From NCBI RefSeq assembly GCF_009914755.1, contig NC_060925.1: a stretch of 64,000 bases of DNA; one strand, given 5' to 3'. The DNA comes from the human T2T-CHM13v2.0 reference genome, Homo sapiens. The translations under genes were made by a program, and so were the position numbers. This document shows positions 16,239 through 37,250 of the stretch, piece by piece (position 1 is the stretch's first letter; every line of letters begins with the position of its first letter). Below the pieces are notes generated by a model that saw nothing but the letters and a program-made list of their open reading frames with translations, was not told where the DNA came from and did not search any database.

Positions 16239-19200
16239 CTGGCAGAATTCACTGCAAGCTGACTAAAGAGGCCTTGGGCCTTTAATAAATACCAGTGGTA
16301 GCCAGGCAGTACTCACCACAGGCCAGGGGCAATGGTGGCCGTAGGAATAGGCCCCTCTGCTTAAGGAAAAGGAAGGAAAGAGTGGGAGGGACTTGCCTTA
16401 TGGCTTCGGTGCCAGCTCAGCTGCAGTAAAATAGGGCACCAGGTAGATTCCTAAGGTTCTCAACTCCAGACTCTGGCTCCTGGGTGGCATCTCCAGACCT
16501 GCGCGGGGCTGGGGGAGCTCACCACCCTGAAGGGAAGGACACAAACCTGGCTGGATGTGCCACCTTCTGATTGTAGAGCCCTTGGGCCTTGAGTGAATGT
16601 AGGCAGTAGCCAGACAGTGGTCACTGTGGGCCTTGAGCCACACTCAGTGCTGGGCTGGCTTTGAGTCTAACCCAGCACAGTCCCAGTGATGGTGGCCACA
16701 GGGCTGCTCGTATCACCCCTCCACCAGCACAGAGAGAGAGAGAGAGACTCCATTTGTTTTGGGGAGAGTAAGGACAGAGAACAAGAGTCTCTGCCTGATA
16801 ATCCAGAGAATTCTTCTAGATCTTATCCAAGACCACTAAGGCAGTACCTCTACAAGCCTGCAAGAGTCACAGCATTACTGAGCTTGGGGTGCCCCTTAAA
16901 GCAGATACAGCTTCAGTGACCAAAGACTTACATCACAACACCCAGGTCCTTTTGAATACCTGGAAAGCCTTCCCAAGAAAGATAGGTACAAACAAGCTCC
17001 CAGACTGCAAAGACTATAATAAATACCGAACTCTTTAATGCCCATACATCAAAGATCATCCACAGACATCAAGACCATGCAGGAAAACATGACCTCACCA
17101 GACAAACTAAATGAAGCACCAGGGACTAATCCCAGAGAGATAGAGATCTGTGACCTTTCAGACAGAGAATTCAAAATAGCTGTTTTGAGGAAGTTCAACA
17201 AAATTCAAGATAACACAGAAAAGGAATCAGAAACACACTTCTATAAAGACACACATAGACTAAAAGTAAAGGGATGAAAAAAGATATTCCATGCAAGTGA
17301 AAACCAAAACAGAGCAGGAGTAGCTATACTTATATTAGATAAAATAAATTTCAAGACAAAGAAGACTATCTCAACACATTTAATAATCAAACCCCCGAAG
17401 GTCAAGGATAAAGAAAAGATCCTAAAAGCAGTAAGAGAAAAGAAACAAATAATATACAAAAGAGCTCCAATATGTCTGGCAACCGATTTTTCAGTTGAAA
17501 TTTTACATACCAGGAGACAGTGGCATGACATATTTAAAGTACTGAAAGAAAAATCGTTTATCCTAGAATAGTAAATCTAGTGAAAATATACTTCAACAAT
17601 GAAAGAGAAATACTTTCCCAGACAAACAAAAGCTGAGGGATTTCATCAACACCAGGCCTGTTCTACAAGAAATGTTAAGGGGAGTTCTTCAATCTGAAAG
17701 AAAATAACTGTAATGAGCAATAAGAAATCACCTGAAGGTACGAAACACACTGGTAGTAGTAAGTACACAGAAAGACACAGAATATTATAACACTGTAATT
17801 GTGGTGTGTAAACTATTCATGTGTTGAGTAGAATGACTAAAAGATGAAACTACCAAAAATAAAAACTACAACAACTTTTCAAGAATAGACAGTATAATAC
17901 AGTATAAACAGAAAGAACACAAAAGTGTTAAAAGTGGGAGAATAAAGTTAAAGTGTAGAGTTTTTGAGTTTTCTCTTTGTTTGTTTGGTTTTTGTCTGTT
18001 TATGCAATCAGTGTTAAGTTGCCATAAGTTTAAAATAATGGGGTTTATAGGATACTATTTGCAAGTCTTATGGTAATCTCAAATCAAAACATATACAACA
18101 GATACACACAAAAAAATGAAAAGCAAGAAATTAAAACACACCACCTGAGAAAATGATCTTCACTGAAAGGAAGACAAGAAGAAAGGAAAGAAGGAAGAGA
18201 GAACTAAAAGACACCCAGAAAATTAATAACAAAATGACAGGAGTAAGCCCTTACTTATCACTAATAACATTGAATGTAAATGGACTAAAATCTCCAATCA
18301 AAAGACTGAGTGACTGAATGAAAACAAAACAAAACAACAATGAAAAAAACCCAATGACTTGTGGCCTACAAGAAACACAGTTCCCCTGTAAAGACACACA
18401 TAGACTGAAAATAAAGGGATGGGAAAATATTTTCAATGCAACTGAAAACCAAAACAAAGCAGGAGTAGCTATACTTATATGAGATAAAATAAATGTCAAG
18501 ACAAAAACTATGAAATAAGACAAAGTCATTATATAATGACAAAGGGGTCAATTCAGCAAGAGGATATAACAATCGTAAATACATATGCACCTGACACTGG
18601 AACACCCAGATATATAAAGCAAATATTATTAGAGCTAAAGACAGAAATGGACCCCAATACAATAATAGCTGGAGACTTCAACACCTCACTTTCAGCATTG
18701 GACAGATCTTCCAGACAGAAAATCAACAAAAAAAAACACTGGATTAAATCTGCACTATAGACCAAATGTACCTAACAGATATTTACAAAACATTTCATCC
18801 AACAGCTGCAAAATACACACTCGTCTCAGCACATGGATAATCCTTAAGAATAGACCATATGTTAGGCCACAAAACAAGTCTTTAAAAATTCAAAAGAAAT
18901 GAAATCATATCAAATATCTTTTCTGACCACAATGGAAAAACACTAGAAATCAATAACAGAAGGGACTTTGGAAACTATACAAATACCTGGAAATTAGATA
19001 ATATGTTCCTGAATGTCCACTGGGTCAATAAAGACATTAAGAAGAAAATTTAAAAATTTGTTGAAACAAAGGAAAATGGAAATATAACATACAAAATCCT
19101 ATGGGATATAGCAAAAGCAGTACTAAGAAGAAAGTTTATAGCAATAAGCACCTACATCGGAAAAGCAGAAAAACTGCAAATTAGCAACCTAATGATGTAG

Positions 19201-22078
19201 ATTAAAGAATTAGAAAGAAAAGAGTAAATCAAACCCAAAATTAGTAGAAGAAAAGAAATAATATCAGAGAAGAAATAAATGAAATTGAAATAAAAAATAC
19301 AAAAGATCAAAGCAAAGTTTTTCTTACGAACAGATAAAGTGACAAATCTTTAGCCTGACTAAGAAAAAAAGAAAGAAGAGCTAGATAAGTAAAATCACAG
19401 ATAAAAAAGGAGACATTACACTATTACACTTGATACCACATAAATTCAAAGGATAATTAGTGAATACTCTGAGCTAATATATATGACAATACATTGGAAA
19501 ACCCAGAAGAAATAGATACACTCTTAGACATATACAACCTGCTAAGATTGATCCTGAAGAAATCCCAAACCAGAATAGACCAATAACAAGTAATGAGATT
19601 GAAGCCATAATAAAGTCTCCCAGGATAGAAAAGCTCAGGGCTTGTTAGCTTCACTGCTGAATTCTACCTAACATTTAAAGAACTAATACCAATCCTACTC
19701 AAACTACTCCAAAAAGTAGAAGAGGAGGGAATACTTCTAAACTCATTCTGTGAGGCCAGTATTACCCTGATACCAAAACCAGACAAAGACACACCAAAAA
19801 AAACTACAGGCCAATATCCCTGATGAACATTGATGCAAATATTATCCTCAATAAAACACTAGCAAACCAAATTCAACAACACATTAATAAGATCATTAAT
19901 CATGACAAAGTGGGATACATCCCAGGGATGCAAAGATGATTCAACATATGCAAATCAATCAGTGGGATATATCATATCAACAGAATGAAGGATAAAAACC
20001 ATATGATCATTTCAATTGATACTGAAAAAAACACTTGATAAAATTCAACATCCCTTCATGTTAAAAAAAAAAACTTCAAAAACTAGGTATAAATGACATA
20101 CCTCAACACAATAAAAGCCATATACGACAGACTACAGCTAGTATCATACTGAACAATGAAAAAGTGAAAGCCTTTCCTCCAAGAGCTGAAACAAGATAAG
20201 GATGCCCATTTTCATCACTATTATTCAACATAGTACTAGAAGTCCTAGCTAGAGCAATCAGATGAGAGAAAGAAATAAAGAGCATGCAAATTGGAAAGGA
20301 AGAAGTCAAATTATCCTTGTTTGCAGATGATATGATCTTATACTTGGAAAAACCTAAAGACTTCACCAAGAAAACTATTAGAACTGACAAACAAATTCAG
20401 TGAAGTTGCAGGATACAAAAATCAACATACAAAAATTAGTAGCATTTCTATCTGCCAACAGCTAACAATCTGACAAATAAATCATGAAAGTAACTCCATT
20501 TACAATAGCTACAAATAAAATAAAATACCTAGGAATAAACTTAACCAAAGAAGTGAAATATTTCTACAATGAAAACTGTAAAACATTGATGTAGGAAGTT
20601 GAAGGTAATACAAAAAAAATGGAAAGATATTCCATGTTCAAGAATTGGAAGAATCAATATTCTTAAACTGTCCATACTACCAAAAGCAATCTACAGATTC
20701 AGTGCAATCACTATCAAAATATCAACAACATTCTTCACAGAAATAGAAAAAAAATCCTAAAATTTATATGAAACCACAAAAGACCCAGAATACTCACGGT
20801 AATCCTGAGCAAAAAGTACAAAATTGGAAGAATCACATTACCTGACTTCAAATGTACTACAGAGCTACAGTACCCAAAATAACATGGTACTGGCATAACA
20901 ACAGACATGTAGACCAACAAAATGGAACAGTGAATCCACAAATAAATCCATACATCTACAGTGAACTATTTTTTGACAAAAATACCAAGAACATACATTT
21001 AGGAAAGGGCAGTCTTCAATAAATGGTGCTGGGAAAACTGGATATCTATACAATGAAACTAGACCCCTAACTCTTACCATAGACGAAACCAAATAAAAAT
21101 GTATTAAAGACTTATATCTAATACCTCAAACTATGAAACTACTGAAAGAAAACATTGTGCAAATTCTCCAGGACATTAGACTGAGCAAAGATTTCTTGAG
21201 TAATACCCCACAAGCTCAGGCAACCAAAGCAAACATGGACAAATGGTATCAAACCAAGTTAAAAAGCTTCTGCACAGCAAAGGAAACAATCAACAAAGTG
21301 AAGGACAACCCACTGAATAGGAAAAAATATTTGCAAATTATCCATCTAACAAGAAATTAATAACCAGAATGCATAAGGAGCCCAAACAACTCAACAGGAA
21401 AAAATATAATAATCCAACCTAAAAACTGTGCAAAAGATCTCAATAGACATTTCTCAAAAGAAGACATACAAATGGCAAGCAGGTATATGAAAAGGTACTC
21501 AACATCACTGATCATCAGAAAAATGCAAGTCAAAACTACAATGAGATAGCATCTTACCCCAGCTAAAGTGGCTTTTACCCAAAACGTAGGCAATAACAAA
21601 TACTGACAATGATGTGGAGAAAAGAGAACTTCCGTACACTGTTGGTGGGAATGTAAATTAGTACAACCGCTATGGGAAAAAGTTTGGATATTCCTCAAAA
21701 AACTAAAAATAGAACTACCGTATGATCCAGAATCCCACTGCTAGGTATAAACCCAAAAGAAAGGAATCAGTACATTGAAGAGATATCTGCACTTCCAATT
21801 TTACTGCAGCACTATTCACAATAACCAATATTTGGAAGCAATCTAAGTGTCCATTAACAAATGAATGGATAGAGAAAATATGGTAACTATACATAATAGA
21901 GCACTATTCAGCCAAAACAAGAAGGAGATCCTGTCATTTGCAACAACTTAGATGAAACTGGAGGTCATTATGTTATGTGAAATAGCACAGAAAGACAAAT
22001 TTTGCATGTTCTCACTTATTTGTGGGAGCTAAAAAATTTTTAAAACAATTGAACTCATAGAGATATAGAGTAGAATGA

Positions 22079-24063
<1,985 letters not shown>

Positions 24064-24395
24064 AATGAATAAGAACTGGTATTTGGTATCACAACAGGGT
24101 GACTATGGTCAACAATACCTTATTGTACATTTAAAAATAACTAAAACAGTATAATTGGATTGTTTTTAACACAAAGGAAAAATGCTTGAGGTGATGAATA
24201 CCCCATTTACCTTGACGTGATTATTACACATTGAAGCCTGTGTCACAATATCCCATGTGCCCCATAAATATATATACCTACTATGTAGCCACAAAAATTA
24301 AAAATGAAAAAATATAAAAATAAGTTTAAAAAGGTAATATTGGGGGTAATAAACATGATTTCTCTGAAAAATAAATTAAAAAATAGGTATAATTA

Positions 24396-24541
24396 GGCCA
24401 GGTGCAGTGGCTCATGCCTGTAATCCCAGTACTTTAGGAGGTCAAGTCAGGAGGATTGCTTGAGACCAGTAATTTGAGACTACCCTGGGCAACATAGCAA
24501 GACTTTATCTCTACAAATAAAATAAAATAAAATAAAATAAA
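24396..24541 (+). mobile_element. Alu left monomer (FLAM/AluJ-like) with (AAAAT)n tail
   Basis: ggccaggtgcagtggctcatgcctgtaatccc...ctctac followed by AAAAT repeats. Confidence 0.85.
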
Positions 24542-25035
24542 ACTATTAATACGATAAATAAGAGCTTTAATGGAAAAGGAAACATGTGCAAGAACAGAAG
24601 CAGGGATAATACAAGCAGAAACATGGAAATCCTAAGAAAGAATCAAAATGAAATGCTAAAAATAAAAAATACTGTAACAGACATGAAGCATGTCTTTGAC
24701 AGGCTCATCAGTAGACAGGACACAGCTGAGAAGCAGAGAAAAGAAACAGTATGCTTGAAGATATATCAATAGAAACTTCCAAAACTGGGAGAGAAAAAAA
24801 AATACCTTCCAAAACTAAGAAAGAGAAAAAAACAAGATGAAATGATGAAATAGAATACTCAAAAACTGTGAGACAATTATAAAACACGGGTCAACAAAAC
24901 TCAAAGAACACCAACCACAATAAGTATCAACAAATCCACACATAGGGATATCATATGCAAACTTCAGAAAACAAAGATGAACTCAAAGTCTTGGAGAAAT
25001 AAAACAGAAATAAAAAAGACCTTACCTATAAATAA

Positions 25036-25416
<381 letters not shown>

Positions 25417-25522
25417 TAGAATTCTGTACCTAGCAAAATTATTCTTCAAAAGTGAAAGAGAAATAAAGATTTTCTCAAACAAAATGAGGCATTTGTCTTG
25501 CAAGAAATGTTAAATGAAATTT

Positions 25523-26343
25523 TGTGGTGCCCGTCCTTCAAGATGGCCTCCAGTGATTCTTGCCTCCTGGTACATATGTCATTGTGTAGTTTCTTTTCCT
25601 AACTGCATAGGTCTTCAGATCAAAAGAAACTGTACTTAAGGAACTATACCGAAGGAGCTTCATCTGCCCCCAGGCCTAATTTAGATGAGATTTTGGACTT
25701 CAAGCTAATGCCATTATGGAATGAGACTTTGGGGAGCCTTGTCAGGAGAATGAGTAAATTTTGCATGTGGGAGGGGCATTAATTATTGGCAGCCAGAAGA
25801 TGGACTGAGGCAGCCAAGTTCCAAGATGACCCTCAATGATACTTGCTCCCTTATGTAGTCCTCTCCACACTGAGGAGAACTGACTCGTGCAATCAATAAG
25901 ATATTTCAAGAATGTTGGAGGGTAACTTCCAATGCTAGATCATAAATGACAAATGACATTGTAGCCTCCACTTTGCTGTCTCCTAGATCACTTGCTGTAG
26001 TGGACATCAGCTTCCATGTTGTGAGGATATTCAAGAAGCTCTACCAAGAGGTTTATATGGCAAGGAGCTAATGCTGCCAATTGCCAGTATCAGCTTGCCA
26101 TCCATGTGAATGAACCATCTTGGAGAAGAATATTCTACCCACCCCCCATCAAGCCATCAGAAGACTATAGACCCAGGTAACATCTTGACTGCAACCTCAT
26201 GAGAGATACCAACTCAGAACTACCCAGATACGGTACTTCTGAATCCCTGATTCACAGAAGCTGAGAGACAATAAATATTTGTTGTTGTTTTAAACCACTA
26301 AACCATGGTGTAATCAGTTATGCAGCAATAGGTAACAAATTCA
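25523..26343 (+). mobile_element. MaLR LTR (MLT1-like)
   Basis: Starts TGTGG, ends with the typical MLT1 3' end aataaatatttgttgttgttttaaaccactaa...ttatgcagcaataggtaac. Confidence 0.7.
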
Positions 26344-27172
26344 GATTTCAATAAAAATTCTAGGACATTTAGCAACCATATCTTCCAAATTATACAAAAT
26401 AAACCTAATTTGATTTTGAAAAAGATTAGTAAAATGGAGGAATTTCCTTCCCAAGTACTAATACAATCTAGAAAGCTATAGTAATAAATATAGCATTTAA
26501 TTATATGGAAACAACAACGTAATGGAATAGAATAAAAATTCAGAAAGAAAAAAGTCTAATAAAGGAAGCACTATAAATCAATAGAGAAAAGATAAACAAA
26601 TTTCCAGAGAGCATTAGGAAAACTAGTTCAACATATAGAGAAGAGTAAAGTAAGTCATGTGATATACACACATGAATTCCATTTGGAATAAAATGTTCAA
26701 CTTAAAAGGCAAATTTTAAAATTTTAAAAATTTAAAAATTGCAAATTTTAAAATTCTAAAAATAATAGAAAATGAAGGAAAACATATGAGTGAGCTTAGA
26801 GCTAGAAAGACTTCTTAAGAAGGACCTAAAAGCACAAAATACTAAGCCCCCCAAAAACGATGGGTTTAATTACCCAAATTAAGAATTTCTGCTTGCAAAG
26901 GACACCATAAGCAAAATTAATGACAGACTAGAGAAGCTATTTGCTATATTTAAGGCCTACTAAGAAATTAATATTTACCAGGTATAAGGAACACCTGCAA
27001 ATTAACAAGGAAAAAAGCAGGAAACCTCAATGGAAAAATGGATAGAGGATGTAAATAGGCAAATCCTTTAAAGGGAAGCCTAATGGCAAGTCAGTATTAA
27101 AATCCAAGAAATGTGCTAGTAATCAGAGAAATGACAATTGCAACAACAATTGAGATATAATTTAATATCCAT

Positions 27173-28160
27173 CAGATGCACATAAACTTGAAAATCTAGA
27201 GGAAATGGATAAATTCCTGGAAAGACACAGCCTCCCAAGTTTGAACCAGGAAGAAACAGAAATCCTAAACAGACCAATAAGAAGTAGTGAAATTGAATCA
27301 GTAATAAAAAAAAACCTTACCAAATTAAAAAAAAGTCCTGGACCAGATGGATTCACAGCCAAATTCTACCAGATATACAAAGAAGGGCTGGTACCAATCC
27401 TACTGAAACCACTCAAAAAAATTGAGGAGAGATTCCTCCTTAACTTATCCCATGAAACTGATACCAAAATCTGGCACAGACACAACAGAAAAATAAAACT
27501 ATAGGTCCATAACCCTGATTAGCATACATGCAAAAATCCTCAACAAAATTTTAGCAAACCAAATACAGCAGCACATGAAAAAGTTAATTCGCTGGAATCA
27601 AGTGGGCTTTATTCCTGGAATGCAAGGATGGCGTAATTTATGCAAATCAATAAATGTGATTCACCACATAAACAGAATAAAAAACAAAAACCATATGATC
27701 ATCCTAATAGATGCAGAAAATGTATTCAATAAAATCCAACATCCCTTCATGATAAAAACCCTCAATAATAAGAGCTGTCTACAACAAAGCCACAGCCAAA
27801 AACATATTGAATGGGCAAAAGTTGGAAGCCTTTCCCCTTAAGGAAAAAGACGGCCTGGTGCGGTGGCTCACGCCTGTAATCCCAACACTTTGGGAGCCCA
27901 AGGCGGACGGATCACTTGAGGTCAGGAGTTCGAGACCAGCCGGGCCAACATGGTGAAACCCTGTCTCTACTAAAAATACAAAAATTAGCTGGACGTGGTG
28001 GCGGGTGCCTGTAATCCCAACTACTCAGAAGGCTGAGACAGGAGAATCGCTTGAACCTGGGAAGCAGAGGTTGCAGTGAGCTGCAATCGTGCAGGTTGCA
28101 GTGAGCTGAGATTACGCCACTGCACTCCAGCCTGGGCAACAAAGAGCAAAACTCCATCTC

Positions 28161-28195
<35 letters not shown>

Positions 28196-28797
28196 GAAAA
28201 AGACAAGGATATCCATTCTATCCACTCTCACCACTCCTATTCAACATAATGCTGAAAGTCCTAGCTAGAGCAGTCAGGCAAGAGAAAGAAATAAAAGGCA
28301 TCCAAATAGGAAAAGAGGAAGTTAAATTATCTCTCTTCACTAACAATAGAATTGTATACCTAGAAAACGCTAGAGATTCCGCCAAAGGACTCCTAGACCT
28401 GATAAACAAGTTCAGCAAGGTCTCAGGATGCAAAATCAACATACAAAAATCAGTAACATTTCTATACACCAATAACATTTAAGCTGACAGCCAAGTCAAT
28501 AATGCAATCCCATTTACAATAGCCACAAAAAAAAAAATACCTAGGAATACATCTAAGCGTAAAAGTGAAAGATCTCTACAAATGCAACTACAGCACACTG
28601 CTGAAAGAAATCATAAATGACACAAACAAATGGAAAAGAATTTCATGCTCATGGGTTGGAAGAATCAATATTGTTAAAATGGCCATACTTCTCAAAGCAA
28701 CCTACAGATTGAATGCTATTCTAATCAAATTACCAACATCATCTTTCACAGAAGTGAAAAAAACTATTCTAAAATTCATATGGAACCAAAAAAAGTA
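27173..28797 (+). mobile_element. L1P (PB/old PA) ORF2 fragment nested in an older L1M 3' region (26380-29100, resuming at 35162)
   Basis: Fragmentary ORF2p translations [37 protein letters not shown]. Confidence 0.85.
27852..28188 (+). mobile_element. AluS(q/x) with long poly(A)
   Basis: Full dimeric Alu inside the L1 fragment; ggaaaaagac on both sides. Confidence 0.93.
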
Positions 28798-29334
28798 AAA
28801 GAAAAATATTAACAACTCAACAAAAAAATGGGCAGTCAATTTCAGAAAGACGGGAAATTAAAAGGCCAATTACCTAAAGAAATGAGTCTCAATCTTGAAG
28901 ATAATTAGAAATGTAGGTTTTCTTTAAAAATTATAAGTAGATACTATTTCCACTCAATTATAATATCAATCAAATTTTTGTGAAAATGGGAGGACTTTTT
29001 TGGAGACAGTTTTGTTGTATTTGGTAAAATTAAAAATATGCGCACCACATACAGCTATATCCCAATTTATTTGTGTTCCAGGATATGTGAAGAAAGACAT
29101 TCACTATAGCATATTTTTTTTTTTTTTTTATTATACTCTAAGTTTTAGGGTACATGTGCACATTGTGCAGGTTAGTTACATATGTATACATGTGCCATGC
29201 TGGTGCGCTGCACCCACTAATGTGTCATCTAGCATTAGGTATATCTCCCAATGCTATCCCTCCCCCCTCCCCCGACCCCACCACAGTCCCCAGAGTGTGA
29301 TATTCCCCTTCCTGTGTCCATGTGATCTCATTGT

Positions 29335-33182
<3,848 letters not shown>

Positions 33183-33221
33183 TCATTAGTTGATGCAGTT
33201 TCTTCCTAGTCTCGATGGTCT

Positions 33222-34238
33222 TTACATTTTGGCATGATTTTGCAGCGGCTGGTACCGGTTGTTCCTTTCCATGTTTAGTGCTTCCTTCAGGAGCTCTTTT
33301 AGGGTAGGCCTGGTGGTGACAAAATCTCTCAGCATTTGCTTGTCTGTAAAGTATTTTCTTTCTCCTTCACTTATGAAGCTTAGTTTGGCTGGAAATGAAA
33401 TTCTGGGTTGAAAATTCTTTTCTTTAAGAATGTTGAATATTGGCCCCCACTCTCTTCTGGCTTGTAGGGTTTCTGCCGAGAGATCTGCTGTTAGTCTGAT
33501 AGGCTTCCCTTTGAGGGTAACCCGACCTTTCTCTCTGGCTGCCCTTAACATTTTTTCCTTCATTTCAACTTTGGTGAATCTGACAATTATGTGTCTTGGA
33601 GTTGCTCTTCTCGAGGAGTATCTTTGTGGCGTTCTCTGTATTTCCTGAATCTGAACGTTGGCCTGCCTTGCTAGATTGGGGAAGTTCTCCTGGATAATAT
33701 CCTGCAGAGTGTTTTCCAACTTGGTTCCATTCTCCACATCACTTTCAGGTACACCAATCAGACGTAGATTTGGTCTTTTCACATAGTCCCATATTTCTTG
33801 GAGGCTTTGCTCATTTCTTTTTATTCTTTTTTCTCTAAACTTCCCTTCTCGCTTCATTTCATTCATTTCATCTTCCATTGCTGATACCCTTTCTTCCAGT
33901 TGATCGCATCGGCTCCTGAGGCTTCTGCATTCTTCACGTAGTTCTCGAGCCTTGGTTTTCAGCTCCATCAGCTCCTTTAAGCACTTCTCTGTATTGGTTA
34001 TTCTAGTTATACATTCTTCTAAATTTTTTTCAAAGTTTTCAACTTCTTTGCCTTTGGTTTGAATGTCCTCCCGTAGCTCAGAGTAATTTGATCGTCTGAA
34101 GCCTTCTTCTCTCAGCTCGTCAAAATCATTCTCCATCCAGCTTTGTTCTGTTGCTGGTGAGGAACTGCGTTCCTTTGGAGGAGGAGAGGCGCTCTGCGTT
34201 TTAGAGTTTCCAGTTTTTCTGTTCTGTTTTTTCCCCAT
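33222..34238 (-). CDS. L1 ORF1p (RNA-binding chaperone), intact 338 aa
   Basis: MGKKQNRKTGNSKTQSASPPPKERSSSP...REKG...ARR...QNHAKM, uninterrupted. Confidence 0.95.
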   Translation of the reverse strand: MGKKQNRKTGNSKTQSASPPPKERSSSPATEQSWMENDFDELREEGFRRSNYSELREDIQTKGKEVENFEKNLEECITRITNTEKCLKELMELKTKARELREECRSLRSRCDQLEERVSAMEDEMNEMKREGKFREKRIKRNEQSLQEIWDYVKRPNLRLIGVPESDVENGTKLENTLQDIIQENFPNLARQANVQIQEIQRTPQRYSSRRATPRHIIVRFTKVEMKEKMLRAAREKGRVTLKGKPIRLTADLSAETLQARREWGPIFNILKEKNFQPRISFPAKLSFISEGERKYFTDKQMLRDFVTTRPTLKELLKEALNMERNNRYQPLQNHAKM

Positions 34239-35584
<1,346 letters not shown>

Positions 35585-37032
35585 TTAAACAGATTTGAAA
35601 TATATAATACTGTGTAAAAAAATTACAAAATGATAGGTACAATATGCTATCATGTACATAAATTACAGCATAAGATATACTATATTTGTCTGTAAATATA
35701 AATAAGTAAAAGTATTTTTAAAACTGGGCAGGAAATACATTAAACTCTTCCTAGGGGAGGTTTTGAGTGAAGGGCAGAAAGGTGAATGAGACTGAGAGTG
35801 TTGATTTAGTTACCTAGATCTTAAGCTTAAACAATAATGTTTTAGCCCTTAAAAAAACTAAGTTATGATTTTAAAAATTGTTATTCCTATATGAGAAGAA
35901 TGAAAGTTTTTGTTACACTATTATCTATATTTTTCTGGGTTTTTTAAATGTCTTAAATGTAAAAGAAAAATATATTTCACTCCAGCCCCATTAAATAAAT
36001 TTACAAATATTTTCAAAATATAAATTGAATCAGGGACATTAGCTATTGTGCCCACATATCTCGATGCAGTTCTGAATACTTACAGGTGCATACTGTATAG
36101 TAAAAATGAGGAAATTAGCCTATGACATGGCTCTAACAAGAGTAGTATATATACTTTCCTTAGTAGGCAGATGCTTGAGCAAATTGTAATATGATTTGAG
36201 CTATATTTTTAGAAGTATTCATCTTGAAAACTTGTGTAAAGGAAAGTGAAATGGAGAGATAATTTTGGAGGCTATTAAAGGAGTCTAGGCCAGAAGTAAT
36301 ATGTTAGCATTAATAAATGATAACAAGTAATAAACATGGAAGGAAAAGAATGAATCTGTTTTCTCTCTCAACCTCCTTTACTATCATATCAAAGCACCAA
36401 TGCTACTTTAAAAATGTTGATTAAGTGCAAGATATATTATCTTAATTCTTAACTCTTCCATGGAAATGTTCTCATTAATTTTGAGAATTAAACAATTAGT
36501 CTTTGTAAACTGTCCATAGATAAATTTTAAGCCATTCAAGTATGAATTTGACATTGCTATTTTGTATATTCATCTACCATGACCAAAATATGAGAGGTTT
36601 GTAACCCATAGTATTTACAAAATTAATATCTTCTGCTCTTAGATTTAGACATTTATAACAAAAATTTTTAAAACAAGATATATTGAACTATAACTTATCA
36701 CATGCCAATCACTGTAGTAGCATTTTCTGTATATTTTTCTATTTAATCTTTACTTCAGCATAGCAAGGTAGACATTGTATTATAACCCCAATTAACTGGG
36801 ACCTGAGCCTCAGAGATGTGAAATACCTTGCCCAAGTTCAGACTGAAGCTAGTAAATGGTGATGCTGAGATACAAACCAAGATCTAATTCCAAATTGTAT
36901 GCTCTTTCCACTACCATCCTAATCTCTTCCGCTAACCAACATCATTTATTTATCTCATAAATGAAATCCCAAGTTCCACGTGCCGTGAATGTTGACAAGA
37001 CTATTGTTATTAAAACATCTTTATGTTTTAAT

Positions 37033-37250
37033 ACACAGGAAGGGGAACATCACACACTGGGGCCTGTTGTGGGGTGGGAGGAGGGGGGAGGGATAGCATT
37101 AGGAGATATACCTAATGTAAATGATGAGTTAATGGGTGCAGCACACCAACATGGCACATATATACATATGTAACAAACCTGCACACTGTGCACTTGTACC
37201 CTAAAACTTAAAGTATAATTAAAAAACAAATAAATAAAAAATAAAAAATA
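37033..37250 (+). mobile_element. Severely 5'-truncated L1PA (about PA4/5) 3' UTR
   Basis: G-rich tract, gatagcattaggagatatacctaatg, A-tail; ATCTTTATGTTTT duplicated on both sides. Confidence 0.9.

Noticed and set aside
14680-16700. Repeated ~250-300-bp units (gactaaagag..ttgggcc..gaat) resembling an array
   Set aside because: Ordinary tandem monomers of the L1MA 5' UTR; not CRISPR-like, no unique spacers
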